Under the pieces are notes generated by a model that ran no database searches, was not told the origin of the DNA, and saw only the letters and a program-made list of their open reading frames with translations. This document shows, piece after piece, positions 57,353 to 64,000 of a stretch of 64,000 nucleotides of DNA. Source of the DNA: Eledone cirrhosa (taxonomy: Eukaryota); NCBI GenBank assembly GCA_964016885.1, contig OZ024742.1:26784001-26848000 (forward strand), read 5' to 3'. A program made the translations under genes and the position numbers. Positions within the stretch are counted from its first letter, which is position 1. The number at the start of each line of letters is the position of its first letter.

Positions 57353-57759
57353 CATGCGCTTTTGCATGCGACTATGACTGCGAGCTTATTTGCGTGTGGT
57401 TGTTCATTTTGGTAGCTCTGCACGTGTGTCTATATGTGTGAGGATGTGTTTTGTATGTGTGTTTGAGAGAGTAAGTGTAACTTTGGCAATTGACATACTA
57501 ATCTACGAATATTTATTTCGTAGAAAATATATATAAATAAATATAATTTTCATTTTACTTTTTCTTTCTTTGTGTAAATTGTAAAAATTCTGTAGTATTG
57601 ACATGTCTATAGACGGAGTGTGTCCTTAAGAATTTGGAAGTGGAACTGGTTAAAATACACCTAGTTTTGTGATTGTCACTTGTGTGTGTGTGTGTGTGTG
57701 TGACAGCTCACACCTATGCATGTTTAGCTGGCCTCCTCCATGATATATCTCGTTAGGGG

Positions 57760-57943
57760 TGTATCGGGTGATTTAATGATAGGGACCCCAGTCCTATCAT
57801 CTCATTTCTACAGCTGGGTAAACTGGAGCAACGTGAAATAAAGTGTCTTGCTCAAGGAAACAACACATCACTCGGTCCGAGAATTGAACTCACAACCTTT
57901 CGATTGCAGGCCCAATGCTCTAACCACTAAGCCATGCGTCTTC
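57760..57943 (-). mobile_element. tRNA-SINE
   Basis: Minus strand: gaagacgcatggcttagtggttagagc (A box) .. gagttcaattctcgg (B box) .. ccttgagcaagacacttt. Confidence 0.85.
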
Positions 57944-58320
57944 ACTTAGGATTGTTACTTAGGGTTGACTTAATCACCCCCCCCCCCCCCATCCCCTTAA
58001 ATTGCAGGGTGTGCCTATAGTAGAAATCATTATTGTACATGTTTTGAAACTGAACAACTGGTGAAGTTTTTACAGATATAATACTTTGAAAGGAGTAAAC
58101 TATGTGACGGGGAAACAGACACACACACATCGGCAGATTATAGTCTGTAGAATTGGTTAATGTACTCTTCATTCATTCGATCTATCTATCAATCACACAG
58201 CCATTTAATCGATAAATTAAGTAATGAACTAATAAATATCTACGTATCTAACAATCTTTCCCTCTCTCTCTCCCCGTCTATCTCTCTCTCTTTCTTTCTT
58301 TCTCTCCCTCTCTGTAGCTA

Positions 58321-58353
<33 letters not shown>

Positions 58354-58374
58354 CTCTCCCTCTCCCTCTCTGTA

Positions 58375-58407
<33 letters not shown>

Positions 58408-58478
58408 TTATATTACTCTTTTACTCTTTTACCTGTTTCAGCCATCCGGCTGAGGCCATGCTGGGGCTTATATATATA

Positions 58479-58534
<56 letters not shown>

Positions 58535-58809
58535 AGTGAGAGAGAGAGAGAGAGAGATAGCTATCGAACTATCTATAATATAGATTCCATATGAATGCTC
58601 ATGTATAGTGTTAAGTAATTATGTATGTATAAATCCGTGTTAGCGTGAATATATACAGTACATATTCTACAGTGGTATCCTAATCAACCACTGATAATAC
58701 TAGCAATCTACTATATTTACACAGTTAGCACACAAAACTTTACATGTTTCATAACAAATACTTTACCTTATACGATAACTCGATCTGTTAGTAAAAAACA
58801 AAGCAAAAA

Positions 58810-59055
58810 GAAATCAATCGACAAGATGTCAGACCCCATTCGTTTACAAGGTGGGGTGGACCTCGTTAAATGGGACCTAGGAAACAAAGTATGCATTGGT
58901 CCATTGGTGGTATTATCTACCGGTCGCAACTCCTGGCTGAAATAGTAACGGGAAATAAAATGTCTTGTTCAAGGATGTAACGCATTACCTGGTCTGGAAT
59001 CGAACTTGCAGCCTCTTCATTGCAAATTCAACACTCTATCAACTAAGCCACGCGA
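58810..59055 (-). mobile_element. tRNA-SINE
   Basis: Minus strand: cgcgtggcttagttgatagag..aagttcgattccagacc..cttgaacaagaca. Confidence 0.75.
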
Positions 59056-59899
59056 TAGATATTAAATCTTCTTCAATTCACACAGTATTAACCAGGGTAT
59101 ATTTGATGATGTGATTCTAGGTAGAATTCGTCTGAAAATTTCACGAAAAACGGGTATGTCACAGTTAGAGTTCCATTTGATCATAAGTCAGTTTGATCAG
59201 AGATGACCGGGGGCTAAATAGCAACAAACTCGTCTTAATTGGATATACTGCACAGATGAATACTTATACATAACCACATACACGTATGAATACACATATA
59301 CACAGGCATACATGAATGCACATATATACACACATACATACACATACACATACATATATAAAGACACCCATGTTCACAGACCCACATACACTCATGAATA
59401 CACACACACTCTCAGTAACACAGACACATTCACACATACACTCACACAGACAGACACACTCTCACAGACACACTCACACAGACACTCACACAAGCACCCT
59501 CAGACATACACACACCGATACACAGACACAAACATACACATGAATATACACTTATACACACATACACAAACACAAACATACATACACACACACACATTCT
59601 CAGACACACACATGTTCGACCATGTAAGTAGCCACTTGACCTCGCCAAAAACAGCAGCCAAATCCCCTCAATTCACCATCTACGAAGAATTGATGTAATA
59701 GATATTTGAATTCTAGATACACAGCGTGTATAGTGACTGCTGGAAAGATTTTGATAATACGCTTCGTTAGATATGACAAGGGGCTAAACAACAACACAGA
59801 CACGCGTTTATATACACTCACATGCACACACAGCTATATATACACACACATTTATACGGCTGTCGAAACGGCCGAAGCTCAGCCATCGAGGGCCTGACT

Positions 59900-59968
<69 letters not shown>

Positions 59969-60040
59969 GTATGTGTGTACATATATATGTATGTTTGTAT
60001 ATTTAATGTATTTACATCTGCGTTTCCAAAACTATGTGTA

Positions 60041-60074
<34 letters not shown>

Positions 60075-60494
60075 TATAGAGATATATATAAACATAGTTT
60101 TGGAGACCCAGATGTAAATACCTTAAATATAGAAAACATGCATATATATGTACACACATATAGCCATACACATATGCAGATATACGTACACACATATAAA
60201 CACATACAAATATATACATGGTAGTGATTACACACACGCATCAACACACATGTAGATACAGTCGTGTATATCAATGTGTTGATAGCTTATACTTGTAGAC
60301 ACTGAACATTCGAACTACATACACATAAACACATACAGGCATGTATACATACACACACAGATACTAATGCACATCCCTATAGACAGATACTTACATAATC
60401 GCGTTATTCTATTATTTCTTTATAACGCGATACAAACTAACAATAATACTATGAAAACGACTATACTGATGCACATATATACATATATATATAT

Positions 60495-60561
<67 letters not shown>

Positions 60562-60564
60562 CAC

Positions 60565-60656
<92 letters not shown>

Positions 60657-60667
60657 ATATGTATATA

Positions 60668-60788
60668 TGCCGCTTCCTGATGATTTCTCCCGAATGAAAC
60701 AGTCCTAGTCCAGTAGAAACCTTTCTATATTAAATATTCATACTCTGCTTTGTATTGAATACCTTACTTACTGTGGTTACCCCCGATA
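60668..60788 (+). mobile_element. Family I short element with HHR (60672-60720), ending at (CA)n; relative at 62066-62195 (-)
   Basis: gcttc CTGATGA t ttc tccc gaa t GAAA c..g TA gaaac. Both copies end TGTGGTYACC..CGATA then ACACAC. Confidence 0.65.
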
Positions 60789-60789
60789 A

Positions 60790-60853
<64 letters not shown>

Positions 60854-61484
60854 GGATAGAAGCAAACCCACACACATGGGCACATGGACACATATTTACA
60901 AACACATACATAGAAGAGACATACACACAAACGCACTGATTTGTATAATTACACACACACATATACTCACATGTCGATACAATAATCTACGTGTATTTAT
61001 ATATATATATATATATATATAATGTACACATGTGTATATACAGCCAGGTAAACTTGAAATGTGAGCATCTGTAGATGACAGGTGTGCAAATTAAAAACGG
61101 CAATTACGAATCTATTTCTATAAGATTTGTCGGTGTATATGTAACACATATATATATATGTGTGTGGGTCTGTGTGTGGGGGTGTGTGTATGTGTGTGTA
61201 ATCCCAAAGTAGCCGTTTACATATATATATATGTGTTCATATATATTTGTTTTAATGTATATATACACCTCTATATAGATATAATATATGTATATGAGGT
61301 TGTCAGTTCGATTCCCAGATGAGTTATGTCCTTGAGCAAGGTATTATACCTTTATTTCACATTGCTCCTTCCACCTGGAGTTGCGACCGATAGATAATAT
61401 TAAGACCAATGGAAACATTGTTTCCTCGGCTCGATTAGACGAAAGTCGATCGACCTTCGATATATATATGTGTGTGTGTGTGTG

Positions 61485-61608
<124 letters not shown>

Positions 61609-62209
61609 AAAGTGGAACGGGAACAAAACAGAGATGCAGTACGAACAAAGGTTTATTAGTTTCACGCACTATACACACACATATATATATATATATGTTT
61701 GTGTATATATAAATATATGAATGTTTGTGTATATATGTATGTGTGTGTCTAAGCTTTAACACGCAATCACATATCCATCTTTCTCTGTTTCACTCTCTTT
61801 CTCTCATATTCTATATATGTATATATGCTGGTGTGTAAACAACACACAAAGCCCACACCCATGCATTGATCGGACGAGGTTATTTCCAAAAGAGATTTTT
61901 GAACATTGATAAACATAATGTTCAAACACACACATACATTCTCACATACACACTCGCACACATTATATCACAACCTCTATAGGCACACACGCACACACTC
62001 ACAATCACCTACCTATTTATATATGTATATCTTTATGTGTGCGTGTGTGCGTGTGTGTGTGTGTGTGTATCGAGAGGAGGTGACCACAATTAAAAAGGTG
62101 CTTAATACGCTAGTACAGTATAGGCATATTTATTTTATTATATGACTCCTACTGAACGAGAACTGTTTCATTCTTAAGAAATCCTCCAGATATCTCTTTC
62201 CACTGTCCC

Positions 62210-62250
<41 letters not shown>

Positions 62251-62623
62251 CAGATGGTAATATAAAAGAATTCCAATAAAGTTCTGCTCGCGCTGCTGTC
62301 ACATACACACTCACACATAGGCGTAGGAATGGCGGTATCGTTGAAGAATCCGTTTTACAACCACATGGTTGTGGGCTCAATTCAGCTGCGGGTACATTTG
62401 GCGGGTGTTTTCCATTAAAAGCTCAGTTTGATTAATGCTTCTGTGTGTTAGTGTGTGCGGGTATGTGTGTTTACGTTAGTACTTCTCGTAAAATAGCGGT
62501 GTGACTTATAAGTATTGAAATACTAGGGTCCGTCTATTTCAAGGTTTTCTATCAGCAGGATAATGAATGACACAAGTAAAATGTCACACATACACACACA
62601 TATATATCCTTCCATGCACACGC

Positions 62624-62690
<67 letters not shown>

Positions 62691-62770
62691 TAAAGTTGGT
62701 CCTTCATCAGTGATCTTCCAACCATCCTCGGTATTTCTTCGCTTTATCCATGCAGTATATATATATATAT

Positions 62771-62942
62771 CAGGATGAAAACGATATTAAACTAGTTAGG
62801 CCATTATTTAAAAAAATAATCGATACTCTTTGTAGAAAGAGTCGCGGCGCAACAGCTGAGCTCTTGCCATTTCACAGCTAGTTCCAGTCTGGAACTAGTT
62901 GTTGAAACGGCAATAGCTCAGCCGTCAGGCCCCGACAGTTTT
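62771..62942. mobile_element. Divergent family A-like fold-back copy; another at 59855-59903
   Basis: GAAA cggc aatagctca gccg TC stem III, with inversion at ctagttccag-t-ctggaactag. Confidence 0.6.
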
Positions 62943-62951
62943 ATATATGCA

Positions 62952-63014
<63 letters not shown>

Positions 63015-63016
<2 letters not shown>

Positions 63017-63437
63017 GGAAAAATTTGAACAGGAACAAAACAGAGAGGCAGTACAACGAATGTTTATTAAGTTCACGCTCTGGAGAGTGGGTTGTTGGTG
63101 GGGAACGACGTTTCGGGCATAAGCCCTTCCTCAGGTGAGAAGTGTGTGGGAACAGAGTTCAAAGGGTGTGTAGGGGAGTGGTGGAGAGACATATAGTGAA
63201 AGGAAACGGTGCAAATGAAAAAAATAAAAATAAAAATAATGCATGATCAAAATACAAGGAATGAAATAAATTTAAATATAAAAGCATGATCAAAATAAAC
63301 TGAAATTAAAAGGGGGGTAAAACAGGTGGTGGAAGGGTGTGGGGTGTGTAGGGGTGGTGGCGGGTGGAGTGGGGAGAGGGAGACGGGTGTCCGAGCGGGG
63401 AGGGCTGAAGGTGGTGTGTGTGTGTGTGTAGGTGTAC

Positions 63438-63470
<33 letters not shown>

Positions 63471-63535
63471 AAAGTAAGGGTTGGGGGAAGAACGGGGTTG
63501 CATGTTCAGGAAGAGGTGTGTGTGTGGGGGTTTTG
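63015..63535 (-). mobile_element. Family E PLE-like 3' end, HHR at 63105-63138
   Basis: Close match to 37438-37950. Confidence 0.85.
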
Positions 63536-63825
63536 TGGGTCGAGGATATGATACAGAACCGTGACCTTTGGCGCCACGCAGTAATACAGAAGACCCGACT
63601 CTCCACGGATACAAGCCGAAGCTGAAGCATATAGACAATATTCCCCCACCCCCTCCTACTGCAAAGTGGTCGTGGAGGTGCCACGCCAAAAAAAGCACCC
63701 AGTACTCACTGGGAAGGGCATCCAGCTGTAGAAATCAAAACCAGAATCAGTTCCCGTATGAGCAAGACAAATTCACCCGACCTGGCATTGCCCACAACAG
63801 GACAAACGGTGATGATGATGATGAT
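63536..63825 (+). mobile_element. RTE-type LINE 3' end with (GAT)n tail
   Basis: EDMIQNRDLWRHAV C-terminus, ggaagggcatccagctgtagaaa UTR, gatgatgatgatgat tail. Confidence 0.7.
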
Positions 63826-64000
63826 ACATATATAAATGTGTGTGTGTTCCTGTGTGTGTTTGTGTTTAACTACCTACGTGTGTGTATGCATACATTCATT
63901 TAAAAATACGTGTTATTAGATATTGACAGACAACAAACTTTAAGTGAACTTAGTAGGAAGGATTGATCATCTCTACACTGTTGACAGTGGTTTGTACGGC

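Overview
AT-rich eukaryotic non-coding DNA, dense in (TA)n/(CA)n/(GA)n microsatellites. The SINE and LINE families and the repeat load suggest an Octopus-like cephalopod (inference). No intact protein-coding gene is visible, and nearly all listed ORFs are microsatellite or satellite artefacts. Recognisable coding relics are a CR1-type RT 3' half, RTE RT/APE fragments, a CRE-like RLE C-terminus, a mariner C-terminus and a Penelope-like (PLE, Naiad/Neptune-type) GIY-YIG domain with an in-frame TGA at a zinc-finger Cys. The main signal lies in the short 'unique' islands between (TA)n tracts. Read by eye, they hold about 25-30 type I hammerhead ribozyme (HHR) motifs, intact or decayed, from about 12 unrelated sequence families. 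Most have family-specific palindromic stem III, and one family uses a U3-A8 core with a compensatory stem I change. The islands are mostly head-to-head fold-backs with both 3' ends facing the flanking (TA)n. Three families are ORF-less circularly permuted monomers (~315, ~517, ~700 nt) resembling retrozymes. Two of these, plus a relative, carry a shared HDV-ribozyme-like motif on the strand opposite the HHR. All ribozyme folds were paired manually, and activity is untested.
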